Part shown: piece by piece, positions 31,475 to 41,853 of the stretch | Layout: every line of letters starts with the position of its first letter | Numbering within the stretch: position 1 is the first letter of the stretch | Position numbers and translations under genes: made by a program | The notes under the pieces: model-generated | Seen by the model: the letters and a program-made list of their open reading frames with translations, nothing else | Told to the model about the DNA's origin: nothing | Database searches by the model: none | NCBI GenBank assembly: GCA_030059675.1 | Contig: JANVYQ010000001.1 | Span: 160,001-224,000, forward strand | DNA from: Candidatus Pelearchaeum maunauluense | Lineage (GTDB): Archaea > Thermoproteota > Nitrososphaeria_A > Caldarchaeales > Caldarchaeaceae | Direction of reading: 5' to 3' | Length of the DNA stretch: 64,000 nt

Positions 31475-32650
31475 TTATTTACCCCCTCTTATTGTTTCCC
31501 TTAAAATTTCCATACTCTCGTTTATGTCGTTATCTGTGATTAGGTAGGGAGGTAGGAACCTCAGTACGTTAAGCCCAGCTTTTATCGCTATGAGCCCGTT
31601 TGCCTGGAGCTGTTTTATTGTTTGGGCTGGCTGTATGCGCATTTCAAGCCCTATCATAAGCCCAGCGGCGCGTAGTCCTCTGAAGATTTTTTGATTTTCT
31701 TCCACCAGCTTCTCAAGTTTAGCAGCCATCTTGCCGCCTTTCTGGGCTGCCTGCCCAGCCACATCCTCCTCTAAGAGCGTCTCAACACCCGCGGTTATCG
31801 CCGCTAATGCCAGCGGGTTCCCGCCGTGTGTTGAGCCGTGGTCTCCCTCTCTCAGGCTTGACGCTATCTCGCCGCTTATCGCAGCCATGCTCGCTGGAAA
31901 GCCGCCAGCTATTGATTTCCCCGCCACGAGTATGTCGGGCTTTACGCCAGCGTGCTCATGCGCCCATATACGGCCTGTCCTGCCAAACCCGCTTTGAATC
32001 TCATCCACTATCAAGAGAGCGCCAACTCTTCTACAACGCTCCTCCAACGCGCGGAGGAACTCAGCAGTAGCGGGGACAACACCCCCCTCACCCTGAACAG
32101 GCTCAACAATAACAGCCGCATACTCCTCGTCAAGGCTCTTCTCAACAGCTTCAACGTTGTTATAGGGTATGAATTTGGTCTCCCATGGGAAGGGGTCGTA
32201 TCCCTCGCGGTATTTTGGGTTCCATGTAACTGAGAGGGCGCCCATTGTCCTACCGTGGAAGGCGTTGATGAACGCGAGGAATTTCTTACGTTTTGTTGTC
32301 TTTCGCGCTGTTTTGAGGGCTAGCTCCACCGCCTCCGCTCCGCTGTTCTGGAAGAAGACCATGTTTAGATGTCTTGGGAGTATTCTGCCCAGCTTCTTCA
32401 GGCACTCCTCCATCGTGTAGGTCTCAAAGGCTGGGGTTGCTGTTGTGAATCTCTGCATCTGCTCGGCTAGCGCCTTGATGATGCGGGGGTTTCTATGGCC
32501 TAGGAAGGCCGCCCCATGTCCCGTGTGGAAGTCTAGGTAGCGTCTTCCAGCGTTATCCCAGACATACTGGCCCTCGGCCCTTACTATACGGAGGCCGCGC
32601 GACGGGTGGAATGGGATAACCGAGACGGCCGTGCCTTCATGGCTGCTCAC
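31475..32650 (-). CDS. lysJ: [LysW]-aminoadipate/glutamate semialdehyde transaminase
   Basis: NSGAEAVE, FHGRTMG, EPVQGEGG, DEIQSGFGRTG, HGSTHGGNP. Confidence 0.92.
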   Translation of the reverse strand: MSSHEGTAVSVIPFHPSRGLRIVRAEGQYVWDNAGRRYLDFHTGHGAAFLGHRNPRIIKALAEQMQRFTTATPAFETYTMEECLKKLGRILPRHLNMVFFQNSGAEAVELALKTARKTTKRKKFLAFINAFHGRTMGALSVTWNPKYREGYDPFPWETKFIPYNNVEAVEKSLDEEYAAVIVEPVQGEGGVVPATAEFLRALEERCRRVGALLIVDEIQSGFGRTGRIWAHEHAGVKPDILVAGKSIAGGFPASMAAISGEIASSLREGDHGSTHGGNPLALAAITAGVETLLEEDVAGQAAQKGGKMAAKLEKLVEENQKIFRGLRAAGLMIGLEMRIQPAQTIKQLQANGLIAIKAGLNVLRFLPPYLITDNDINESMEILRETIRGGK

Positions 32651-33492
32651 CTACGCATCACCCTAACCGTCTCCTCCACAATCTTCCCAGCCAAGTCGTA
32701 GCCAGTAGCCCTCACCGTATTCCTAAACTCAACTATAGCGTTTATCTCGCTTACTAGAAGCCTGCCGTCTGGGGACTCCATGAGGTCTATCCCTAGAACT
32801 CCACCACCAAGCGCCTCGCCTGACTTTATCACAATCTCGCGGAGCTCGTCAGTTATTGGCGCTGGCTCAGCCTTCCCACCCAGGGCTGTGTTCGTCTTCC
32901 AGTTGCCGCTCACACGGTATATCGCAACTGGGACATCCCCCCAGATGTAGTAAGCCCGTATGTCGCGGCCAGGCTTATCCACGTAGCGTTGGAGGTAGTG
33001 TATCTTGATGTATGGGCTTTGCATGTTTTCACGTAGCTCTATTATGTCTTGTAGTGTTTCCTCGTCTGGTGCGCGGGCTATCATCCTACCCCAGCTTCCG
33101 TAGATTGGCTTTACCACGACAGGATAGCCCAGCCTACGCGAGGCGCTTAGCGCAGGCTCGCGTCTAAATGCCACAGCAGTATCTGGAACATCAACACCAG
33201 CGACCGAGAGCCTCGCGGTAGTGAGAAGCTTATCCTCGCAGTCCCTTATCACATTCAAGCTATTCACAACGGGTATTTGATTCCGCTCAAACACGATGGT
33301 GGAGCTTATGGCTCTGTAATAGCTTACGCAGCGCTGGAAGATGAAGTCGTAGTTCATGCTGTCGGGTTTTGTTACCCAGAATTCCTTGCTGGGTACGTGG
33401 ATGAGCGATACCGTGTGGCCTAGCCTACGCGCCGCCTGGAGCAGCGCTTTCTCCTCAAAACGCGCTATGTCATAGGCTAGGCCTATGTTCAA
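32647..33492 (-). CDS. lysX: LysX/ArgX ATP-grasp ligase
   Basis: KPIYGSWGR, KPGRDIR, WKTNTALGG; adjacent to lysW. Confidence 0.92.
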   Translation of the reverse strand: MNIGLAYDIARFEEKALLQAARRLGHTVSLIHVPSKEFWVTKPDSMNYDFIFQRCVSYYRAISSTIVFERNQIPVVNSLNVIRDCEDKLLTTARLSVAGVDVPDTAVAFRREPALSASRRLGYPVVVKPIYGSWGRMIARAPDEETLQDIIELRENMQSPYIKIHYLQRYVDKPGRDIRAYYIWGDVPVAIYRVSGNWKTNTALGGKAEPAPITDELREIVIKSGEALGGGVLGIDLMESPDGRLLVSEINAIVEFRNTVRATGYDLAGKIVEETVRVMRR

Positions 33493-33495
33493 CCG

Positions 33496-33693
33496 CTACT
33501 CGCCCCAGTCCTCTGCTACTTCCTCGGCCATCTTGAGACTCATAGAGCCGTTGTCATCCACGATAAGCTCCAGCTGCGCTCCACAGTCTCCATGCTCAAA
33601 CAGCTCTCCAGCTAGCGCATCTTCAGGCACCGCCATCGTTCCGCCGCAAACTGGGCATGAAAGCTCTGGCAACACTACATCACCAGTTTTCAC
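33496..33693 (-). CDS. lysW: Amino-group carrier protein LysW (start may be a few codons downstream)
   Basis: CPVC...HGDC Zn ribbon and C-terminal EDWGE. Confidence 0.95.
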   Translation of the reverse strand: MKTGDVVLPELSCPVCGGTMAVPEDALAGELFEHGDCGAQLELIVDDNGSMSLKMAEEVAEDWGE

Positions 33694-33778
33694 TGATTTC
33701 GTATTATCGGCACTATATAATGCTTAATGGTGTTGTTTTTTCACGAAAATCGTATGATAGATACGTTATTCGTCATGT

Positions 33779-34576
33779 TTAGTCTGGTGTTATTTCCGTC
33801 CCAGAGCCGTCCTCCAGCCTGCTGAGTGGGTCTGGCCCCTCTCCTGAACAGATGACCGCACGGCCTACTCCCTGCTCAACCGCTTTAGCCGCCATCATCA
33901 CCTTACGATTCATCCCAGCACCTATCTTCTCAAGAAGAGCGTTGGCTTCGCCGCATCGTATCTTCTTGACGAGCTGGCCGTCTATGATTACGCCCTCTAC
34001 ATCTGTTAAGAGGGCTAGTGTTTCTGCTTTAAGCGCCGCCGCTACTGCGGAGGCCGCGGTGTCGCCGTCTATGTTAAGTAGCTCGCCCTCCTCACCCAGC
34101 GCTACGGGGGAGATTATGACAACGAGTCCCATTCCCAGGAGTTGGGTTAGAAGCTCTCCATCAACCCGCGTTATGCTTCCCGTATAGCCTCCGTCTATGA
34201 TACGCTTACGGCCACGCTCATCCATTATGATAATCCTCTTCTTCCTCTGAGCGCGTATAATTCCAGCGTCAACGCCGCTTAGGCTAACAGCCCTAACTCC
34301 ACGCGCGTTGAGGTATGCTGAGATTTCTTTCCCCAGCTTCCCTGACATTACCATGTTATACACCTCTATCTCACGCTCATCCGTCAGCCTGCTCCGTATC
34401 CCGCTGGGCGAGACTACTATCTTCGGCTCTATTCCCAGAGCCTTCTCAAAGCGCGATACCACATCACCCCCTCCATGTACGAAGACTACACCATGCCCGC
34501 GCTGTGCCGCTATGGAGTTTAGGATGTTGGTCATGTTGTTCTCAAGTACCCTGCCGCCAGCCTTGACCACAATCAT
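33779..34576 (-). CDS. lysZ: [LysW]-aminoadipate/glutamate kinase
   Basis: VVKAGG, VHGGG, DGGYTG, NIDGD, GAGMNRK. Confidence 0.92.
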   Translation of the reverse strand: MIVVKAGGRVLENNMTNILNSIAAQRGHGVVFVHGGGDVVSRFEKALGIEPKIVVSPSGIRSRLTDEREIEVYNMVMSGKLGKEISAYLNARGVRAVSLSGVDAGIIRAQRKKRIIIMDERGRKRIIDGGYTGSITRVDGELLTQLLGMGLVVIISPVALGEEGELLNIDGDTAASAVAAALKAETLALLTDVEGVIIDGQLVKKIRCGEANALLEKIGAGMNRKVMMAAKAVEQGVGRAVICSGEGPDPLSRLEDGSGTEITPD

Positions 34577-34789
34577 ACCGCATCAGACTACGTTGGATGA
34601 ACAACTATAGCTGCAACAAAAACAATAATACGGGGCAGGTGGATTGTTGGGTTTTCTGGCTCCGAGATTAATTATTTAAAGCTTTCTAACCTCCATTATG
34701 GATTCCGCAAAATTAAACCACATAACATACTGTCCTCCTTAATAGATTGGTTTCTTGCTTACTCATTCAGTAGTTGGGAGCTGGGTTGG

Positions 34790-35710
34790 ATGGTTGAGGT
34801 TATTCGTGTGGGGACTAGAAGGAGCCCGCTCGCGCTGGCGCAGACAGAGCGGGTTATAGAGCTGCTCAAGAGAGCCAGCCCAGACACGCAGTTTGAGGTC
34901 GTCAAGATAGTGGCAGCGGGCGATGAGGATGTCAGATGGAAGCACGACGCCATGACTGGAAAGGACATGTTCACCCGCGCTATTGAGGAGAGGCTTCTCA
35001 GGGCTGAGATAGACCTGGCGGTTCATAGTTTGAAGGATATGCCAGCACGCCTCCATCCTGAGCTGGTTATAGCTGCCATACCTCTCCGCGGAGACCCGCG
35101 CGATGCGCTGGTATCAGCTAATGGCGCGGGTCTTAAACAACTACCACAAGGCGCGCGGGTAGGCACTAGCAGCCTCCGTAGAAGAGCCCAGCTACTCGCA
35201 TACAGGCCTGACCTAACCATAGTAGAGCTTCATGGTAACGTGGGGACGCGGCTTAGGAAGCTTCGTGAGGAGGAGCTGGATGCGATAATCTTGGCGGCGG
35301 CAGGTCTTGAGAGGCTCGGCCTAAGCGGGGAGATAACCGAGATACTCCCGACAGACGTGATGCTCCCAGCGGCAGGCCAGGGCGCTTTAGCTGTGGAAGC
35401 CAGACGTGATGATAGCTATGTAATCAGAATCGCAGGAGCAATAGATGACGTATCCACGCGAAGAGCTGTTGAGGCTGAGAGATACTTCACAGCAACGATG
35501 GGTGGTGGATGCAACATGCCCGTGGCGGCGTACGCTAGGATTGGTGATGGGATGCTCATTCTTGATGGGATGGTGGCCTCTCCTGATGGTTCTAGGCTTA
35601 TGCGGGACAGCGCTGTTGGTGATTCGGAGAACCCCCGCGCAGTAGCGCAGCAGCTAGTCCAGAGGCTCACCGCCAAGGGAGCCTTGGAGATAGTAGGTGG
35701 TGGAGCATGA
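34790..35710 (+). CDS. hemC: Hydroxymethylbilane synthase
   Basis: GTRRSPLALAQ, VHSLKD, GTSSLRR, GNVGTRL, GGCNMP. Confidence 0.96.
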   Translation: MVEVIRVGTRRSPLALAQTERVIELLKRASPDTQFEVVKIVAAGDEDVRWKHDAMTGKDMFTRAIEERLLRAEIDLAVHSLKDMPARLHPELVIAAIPLRGDPRDALVSANGAGLKQLPQGARVGTSSLRRRAQLLAYRPDLTIVELHGNVGTRLRKLREEELDAIILAAAGLERLGLSGEITEILPTDVMLPAAGQGALAVEARRDDSYVIRIAGAIDDVSTRRAVEAERYFTATMGGGCNMPVAAYARIGDGMLILDGMVASPDGSRLMRDSAVGDSENPRAVAQQLVQRLTAKGALEIVGGGA

Positions 35711-36456
35711 GCGAGAGGCCTCTAGCAGGAATGCGCATAGTAATAACCCGTCCAAAAGAAGGCGGCGACAAGCTGGTCGCGAAGATAAAGGAACTGGGAG
35801 GAACACCAATAGAGCTGCCAGCAATAGAGATAGCGCCTCCACAGAGCTACGAGAATCTAGACAAGGCTCTCAAACGTCTGAATGACTATGATTGGCTGGT
35901 CTTCACAAGCGCTAATGGTGTGCGGTTCTTCTTTGAGCGCGCTAACGTAGTAGGCGTGGTATCTGGGGTTAGGGCGCGTATAGCCGCTGTCGGCCCCTCA
36001 ACGGCTGAGGCTCTAGATAGCCATGGCCTCAAGGCCAGCTTCATCCCCTCACTCTACCTAACCCGACGCCTTGCCGAGGAGCTTCCAGAGGTTGCTGGTA
36101 AGCGCGTGCTTCTAGTTAGGTCTGAAAACGCCGACAACGAGATGATGGAGATACTATCTAGGCGTGGCGCTCTAGTGGATGAGGTGCGCGCATACCGCGT
36201 GCTAGTGAGGAGTGAAAGCGCCGAGAAGCTGGGAGACTTTGATGCGGTCATCTTCACAAGCCCATCAACCGCGAGAGGATTCAAAGAAATCCTTGAGAGT
36301 AGCAAGGCGTGTAAGAAGAGTGGATTCAAGGTTTTCTGTATAGGGCCTGTTACTGCGCGCGCCGCTGAGGAGCTTGGCTTCAGCGTTAGCGGTGTTGCGG
36401 TGGAGCATACTGTTGATGGTTTGGTAAAGATGTTGGTGGAGGTGGCTGGTGGTTGA
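35707..36456 (+). CDS. hemD: Uroporphyrinogen-III synthase
   Basis: ITRP, FTSANGV, AVGPSTA, FTSPST, IGPVTA. Confidence 0.93.
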   Translation: MSERPLAGMRIVITRPKEGGDKLVAKIKELGGTPIELPAIEIAPPQSYENLDKALKRLNDYDWLVFTSANGVRFFFERANVVGVVSGVRARIAAVGPSTAEALDSHGLKASFIPSLYLTRRLAEELPEVAGKRVLLVRSENADNEMMEILSRRGALVDEVRAYRVLVRSESAEKLGDFDAVIFTSPSTARGFKEILESSKACKKSGFKVFCIGPVTARAAEELGFSVSGVAVEHTVDGLVKMLVEVAGG

Positions 36457-37451
36457 TTCTCCGAGAGAGGGAGAGGATAGTAGTTAGGTTGCGTAGGCTT
36501 AGAAGAAGCGGCCAGCTTAGGAAGCTGGTGCGCGAGACGCGGGTATCTACGTCAGACTTGGTGCAGCCCATCTTCGTTAGAGAGGGCGAGAAGATTAGGG
36601 AGGAGATAGAACAGATGCCAGGCGTCTACCGAATGAGCATTGACATACTCGTTGATGAAGCTAAGGAGCTGGTGGAGCTGGGCGTGCCCGCCATTCTTCT
36701 CTTCGGGATACCCTCCGCCAAGGATGAGCGCGGCTCTGGGGCATATAGCAGTGATGGCATCGTCCAGCGCGCTGTGCGCGCTGTGAAGAGCGAGGTGAGC
36801 GGGCTTGTGGTGATGACTGACGTGTGTCTCTGTCAATATACAAGTCATGGACACTGCGGCATCGTAGCTAATGGTGTGGTTCTCAACGACATTACGCTGG
36901 AGCTTCTTGCTAAGACGGCCGTCTCCCACGCTGAGGCTGGTGCTGATGTTGTTGCGCCCAGCGCCATGATGGACCACCAAGTAGCCGCGATACGTGAAGC
37001 CTTAGATAATGAGGGCTTTAGCGACGTGGCCATCATGGGGTATAGCGCCAAGTTCGCCTCATCATTCTACGGCCCCTTCAGAGAAGCTGCATACTCGGCG
37101 CCAGCCTTCGGCGACAGACGGAGCTACCAGATGGATATAGGAAACGCGCGGGAAGCGCTTAGGGAGATTGAACAAGACATAAGGGAAGGCGCTGATATAG
37201 TGATGGTTAAGCCTGCCCTGGCTTATCTTGACATTATAGCGCGCGCCAGGTCTAGGTTTAGCGCACCCATAGCTGCGTATAGCGTCAGCGGCGAGTATTC
37301 TCTCATTAAGGCCGCGGCCTCCAAGGGCTGGATAGACGAACGCGCACTAGCTCTTGAGGTGCTTACAGCGATAAAGAGGGCTGGAGCAGACATTATAATC
37401 ACATACTTTACACGCGATTTTGCACGTTGGCAGCGGGGTGATGATATATAA
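36453..37451 (+). CDS. hemB: Porphobilinogen synthase
   Basis: [32 protein letters not shown]. Confidence 0.97.
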   Translation: MILRERERIVVRLRRLRRSGQLRKLVRETRVSTSDLVQPIFVREGEKIREEIEQMPGVYRMSIDILVDEAKELVELGVPAILLFGIPSAKDERGSGAYSSDGIVQRAVRAVKSEVSGLVVMTDVCLCQYTSHGHCGIVANGVVLNDITLELLAKTAVSHAEAGADVVAPSAMMDHQVAAIREALDNEGFSDVAIMGYSAKFASSFYGPFREAAYSAPAFGDRRSYQMDIGNAREALREIEQDIREGADIVMVKPALAYLDIIARARSRFSAPIAAYSVSGEYSLIKAAASKGWIDERALALEVLTAIKRAGADIIITYFTRDFARWQRGDDI

Positions 37452-37537
37452 AGCAATTATGCTTTCCACAACATAAAGACGAAGCCTCTATGTTTCCCTT
37501 AATAAATAGGCTTAACATATATGGAAATGATAAAGCG

Positions 37538-38758
37538 ATGTCAGAATGGCCCTCCAGCATCCACCTAACTATGTTCGGCGCAAACTACAGGCTTTCTAGT
37601 ATTGAGGAGCTGGAGAGGCTCACTTCATACATAACCCCAGAGCTCTTAAGCAGGCTATCCTCCAAGAATGCCCACACCTCCTACGCTCTCCTCTCAACAT
37701 GTAATAGGGTTGAGGTATATGCCCTCTCCCTGGGAGGTGGCGACTGCGCAAGATTGTATGAAGTCTCTGAAATTGTAGGGATGAATCTGGATAGTGTGTT
37801 GGTGTATCAGGGTAGGGAGGCTGTACGCCATCTTATACGCGTCGCTTCAGGGCTGGAGTCGCTAGCTGTAGGCGAGCCCCAGATACTCTTCCAAGTAAGG
37901 AACGCGTCCATCATAGCAGGGGATAGCTTGAGCAGGCGCGCTATTGAACGACTCTTCAGACACGCGTATAACGCGGGCAGGCGAATAAGAAAAAAACTAG
38001 GAATGACTGGTGATTCTTCAATAGGCGCGCTCGCCGCGAAGCTCATACGCTCAGTATCAAAACCCAGCCCGCGAATCTTAGTGATAGGCTCTGGCGAGAT
38101 GGCCCGCGCATTCATAAGCTCCCTCAACCAAGAAGAGCGTAGCAACATTATAGTAGCTACACGAAGACCAGAAAAAGCAGGATGGCTCAGAGAGCGCGGA
38201 ATAACAGTCATCCCACTGGAGGAGTTTAAGAACATACTACCCAGTGTTGATGCTGCAATAACAGCGACATCATCAAAGAACTATATCATAACTAAGCAAC
38301 TTCTAGAGGGGCTAAAGCTCCCCAAGAACCTAACGCTTGTTGATATTTCTGTCCCGCGCAATATTGAGCCTGATGTGGCGTCGTTGCCCAACGTTAGGCT
38401 CTATAACATAAACGACCTGAGGGAGTATTCCCAGCCTGAGGCGGTGGATTGCTTCGGCCTCGCGGATGGCCTGGTTGATGCGGAGGTTGAGCGCTACGTC
38501 TGCTGGCTCTCCACCTTAGAAGTATTTGAGACCATCAGGTGTGTTAGGATGCGGGCTGAGGAGATACGCGCTGAAGAGCTGGCGGAATGTCTTAAGAGGC
38601 TCAACGGCCAGAGAGAGCACGACGAGCAGGTATTAGCAACCATGACGCGGAGGATAATCAACAGGCTTCTCCACGAGCCTACCATACGCTTGAAGGAGAG
38701 GGCACGGAACGGCGACGTTGAAATCTACAAGCGGGTATTGACGGAGTTGTTCGGATAA
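37538..38758 (+). CDS. hemA: Glutamyl-tRNA reductase
   Basis: LSTCNRVE, SGLES..VGEPQIL.Q, DISVPRNIE; likely ATG 37538. Confidence 0.93.
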   Translation: MSEWPSSIHLTMFGANYRLSSIEELERLTSYITPELLSRLSSKNAHTSYALLSTCNRVEVYALSLGGGDCARLYEVSEIVGMNLDSVLVYQGREAVRHLIRVASGLESLAVGEPQILFQVRNASIIAGDSLSRRAIERLFRHAYNAGRRIRKKLGMTGDSSIGALAAKLIRSVSKPSPRILVIGSGEMARAFISSLNQEERSNIIVATRRPEKAGWLRERGITVIPLEEFKNILPSVDAAITATSSKNYIITKQLLEGLKLPKNLTLVDISVPRNIEPDVASLPNVRLYNINDLREYSQPEAVDCFGLADGLVDAEVERYVCWLSTLEVFETIRCVRMRAEEIRAEELAECLKRLNGQREHDEQVLATMTRRIINRLLHEPTIRLKERARNGDVEIYKRVLTELFG

Positions 38759-38783
38759 AATGTTAATGAGAGAGTGATGCTAT

Positions 38784-39470
38784 ATGCCTGGTAAGATACC
38801 TGAAAACCCAGTGGTTCAATTTCTCGTACTGGGTCTTAACCCAGCGTGGCGTATGCTTAGTGAGCATGAACGCTCTAAGGGCCGTGAGGAGCTACTCAAC
38901 ACCATGCGTAGCTGGGATGATGGGATAACGACGTATCCATACAGCTTGGTGGGCATTAAGGCGGGTGCGGATATTCTTCTGTGGCGTGTGGCTGGGAGCA
39001 TAGACCAGCTCCAGGAAAGCTACGCCGCCATGACGCGAACTGGGCTGGGCAGATACCTAGAAGCCAGGTACATCATGACAGGGTTTGTGAGACAATCCAC
39101 CTACGTTAAGAAGCCCACAGCCCAAGAACAAGCGATACTGGAGCCAAACCGCAAACGCTACCTCATAGTATACCCCTTTACAAAAACCGCCGATTGGTAC
39201 CTGCTGAAGCGCGACACCAGGCAGGGGATGATGAACGAGCACATAAGGGTTGGCCGCGAGTTCCCAACAATAAGCCAAGTCCTAGTCTATTCATTCGGCC
39301 TAGATGACCAAGAGTTCATCGTGGCTTACGAGACGGATGACCTCAAGACGTTCCAAGACTGCGTTATCGCTCTCAGGGAGACCGAGGCGAGGCGCTACAC
39401 ACTCCGCGACACGCCGATATTCACCGCCATACATAGGCCGCTTGAAGAGGTCTTGGAGCTGTTGGGCTAG
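38784..39470 (+). CDS. chdC: Coproheme decarboxylase-like protein (ChdC/HemQ, chlorite dismutase fold)
   Basis: YPFTK..WY, MMNEH proximal His, Gln at the distal position in SQVLVYSFGLDD; inside hem cluster. Confidence 0.75.
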   Translation: MPGKIPENPVVQFLVLGLNPAWRMLSEHERSKGREELLNTMRSWDDGITTYPYSLVGIKAGADILLWRVAGSIDQLQESYAAMTRTGLGRYLEARYIMTGFVRQSTYVKKPTAQEQAILEPNRKRYLIVYPFTKTADWYLLKRDTRQGMMNEHIRVGREFPTISQVLVYSFGLDDQEFIVAYETDDLKTFQDCVIALRETEARRYTLRDTPIFTAIHRPLEEVLELLG

Positions 39471-39471
39471 C

Positions 39472-40800
39472 ATGAGTAGCATAGGTTCGCTGGGAAATAG
39501 GATGTTCAGGAGGTCTTCCGAGCTTTATGCCAGGGCTCGGCGGGTGCTGGTTGGCGGTGTTAATAGTCCTGTCCGCTCCTTCAAGTCTGTCGGCGGCGAG
39601 CCTCTCTTTATCCAGCGTGGCAAGGGATGCTACATCTACGACGCAGACGGTAATGGGTATGTTGATTACGTATGCTCGTGGGGCGCCCTCATCCTAGGCC
39701 ACGCCGACGCTGACGTGGTGAGGGCAATCCAAGAACAGGCCACACAGGGAACATCATACGGCGCCTCAACAGAGCTTGAAGTTGAGCTGGCGGAGAAGAT
39801 AGCCAGCGCAATACCCTCAATAGAGCTTCTGAGATTCGTCAATTCGGGAACAGAAGCCACCATGTCAGCTATCCGGCTGGCGCGCGGCTATACTGGGAAG
39901 AAGAAGCTGGTGAAGTTTGAAGGCTGCTATCACGGCCATGCCGATTATCTCCTCACGAGAGCAGGCTCTGGGCTGGCCACATACTCCATTCCCAGCTCAG
40001 CCGGAGTTCCTGAGAGCCTTGCACAGGAGACGATTACACTCCCCTTCAACGATGTAGCCGCTGTTGAGTACGTTTTCAAGAGAGAAGGCGCGGAGATAGC
40101 TGCGGTGATCGTTGAGCCTATAGCTGGTAATATGGGCGTGGTTCCAGCTAGCAGGGAATTTCTAGCAACACTCCGCGAGCTGACAGAACGCTATAACGCG
40201 CTTCTCATCTTTGACGAGGTGATAACAGGTTTCCGCCTAACATACGGAGGCGCGCAGAACATCTATGGCATAACCCCAGACCTGACTTGCCTCGGCAAAG
40301 TCATAGGAGGCGGCCTTCCAATAGGCGCTTACGGCGGACGTGAGGAGGTGATGAAGAAACTCGCGCCGCTTGGGCCTGTGTATCAAGCTGGAACACTCTC
40401 TGGAAACCCCCTCTCGATGGCGGCTGGTCTAGCAACACTCAAAAAGCTCTCACAGACGACCTACGAGTCGTTGAGCAGTAAAATTGAGAGTATAACGACA
40501 GCCCTTCAGAAGACAGCGGAGGAGATGGGCATACATGCGAAGATAACGAAAGCAGGCTCCATGTTCAGCATCTTCTTCACAGACAAGGATGATATTACAA
40601 GCTATGATGATGTGCTCGCATGTGATAGGGAGAGGTTTTCACGCTTCTTCTGGAACATGCTGGGTAGAGGCGTTTATCTTCCTCCTTCACAGTTTGAAGC
40701 GATGTTCATCTCAACCGCGCATGATGAGGAAGCTCTTGACAAGACCTTGGAGGCGGCCAGCGCTTCCTTGGCTGAGCTTTCGCGTGAAAAAGATGAATGA
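39472..40800 (+). CDS. hemL: Glutamate-1-semialdehyde 2,1-aminomutase
   Basis: GGVNSPVR, NSGTEATM, GCYHGH, DEVITGFR, QAGTLSGNP, PSQFE. Confidence 0.96.
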   Translation: MSSIGSLGNRMFRRSSELYARARRVLVGGVNSPVRSFKSVGGEPLFIQRGKGCYIYDADGNGYVDYVCSWGALILGHADADVVRAIQEQATQGTSYGASTELEVELAEKIASAIPSIELLRFVNSGTEATMSAIRLARGYTGKKKLVKFEGCYHGHADYLLTRAGSGLATYSIPSSAGVPESLAQETITLPFNDVAAVEYVFKREGAEIAAVIVEPIAGNMGVVPASREFLATLRELTERYNALLIFDEVITGFRLTYGGAQNIYGITPDLTCLGKVIGGGLPIGAYGGREEVMKKLAPLGPVYQAGTLSGNPLSMAAGLATLKKLSQTTYESLSSKIESITTALQKTAEEMGIHAKITKAGSMFSIFFTDKDDITSYDDVLACDRERFSRFFWNMLGRGVYLPPSQFEAMFISTAHDEEALDKTLEAASASLAELSREKDE

Positions 40801-41827
40801 CAGACTTCTGAGAGCATGTCGTAGAGAGAAGACGGACACTAGGCCAGTGTGGTTTATGCGTCAGGCTGGGAGATACCTGCCAGAATACAGGAAAATCCGC
40901 GAGGAGTATGACCTACTAACAATATGCAGAACCCCAGGACTCGCAGCGGAGGTGGCGGCAATCCCAGTAGAGAAATTCGGCCTAGATGCTGCCATAGTAT
41001 TCGCAGACCTCCTAACACCATTAGAGGGAATGAACATTACGATAAAGCTGATTGAGAACAGCGGCCCATTCGTTGATGAGCCTATTAGGAGCGCTCAAGA
41101 CGTTAAGCGTCTTAAGGGGTTTGAGCCTGATGCGGTCGCGTATGTCTATGATAATATTAGGATGCTAAGCGGTTTGCTGGGTGATGTCCCCATTATAGGT
41201 TTTTGCGGCGCTCCCTTCACGCTGGCCAGCTACCTTATTGAGGGGAGGGTATCCCGCGACCTAGTAGAGACGCGGCGCTTCATGCTCACAGCGGGAAAGG
41301 CGTGGAGAGAACTCATGGACAAGCTTACCAATATGGCCTTAGAATACCTGAAGATGCAGATAAAGGCTGGAGCTAGAGTTGTACAGATTTTTGATAGCTG
41401 GGTAGGCTGCCTAAACCCCAGCCAATACACTACATACATCCTCCCACACATGCGGAAGCTCTTAAATCAACTATCAACACACGACATCCCCATAATACAC
41501 TTCACCACTGGAAACCCAGCCCTGCTAAGCGCGATAAGCAGCGCGGGAGGCCATGTAATAGGCGTGGACTGGCGCATAGACATAGGAGAAGCATGGAGAA
41601 TAGTCGGCTACGATAAGGCCATCCAAGGTAATCTAGACCCAGCCATACTCCTAGCAAGCCCAGCAACAATCAAACAAGCAGCCGAGGAGATACTCAGGAA
41701 AACCGCGGGAAGACCTGGCCATATCTTCAACCTAGGGCACGGGATACATCCAACAACACCACCAGAGAACGTAAAGCTACTGGTTGAATTTGTGAGGGAG
41801 TTTGACGCTAATTACGCTGATGGCTAG
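40793..41827 (+). CDS. hemE: Uroporphyrinogen decarboxylase
   Basis: PVWFMRQAGRYLPEY, GAPFTLASY, QIFDSW, QGNLDP, FNLGHG. Confidence 0.96.
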   Translation: MNDRLLRACRREKTDTRPVWFMRQAGRYLPEYRKIREEYDLLTICRTPGLAAEVAAIPVEKFGLDAAIVFADLLTPLEGMNITIKLIENSGPFVDEPIRSAQDVKRLKGFEPDAVAYVYDNIRMLSGLLGDVPIIGFCGAPFTLASYLIEGRVSRDLVETRRFMLTAGKAWRELMDKLTNMALEYLKMQIKAGARVVQIFDSWVGCLNPSQYTTYILPHMRKLLNQLSTHDIPIIHFTTGNPALLSAISSAGGHVIGVDWRIDIGEAWRIVGYDKAIQGNLDPAILLASPATIKQAAEEILRKTAGRPGHIFNLGHGIHPTTPPENVKLLVEFVREFDANYADG

Positions 41828-41853
41828 AGCTTGGAATATTTGTTATGGTTGTG

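Noticed and set aside
33490-33498. Genome-wide TAG reassignment
   Set aside because: LysW, hisB, EndoQ and other genes end properly at TAG; no pyl genes in the window
38784-39470. Chlorite dismutase for perchlorate respiration
   Set aside because: No distal Arg and no signal peptide; embedded in a hem cluster
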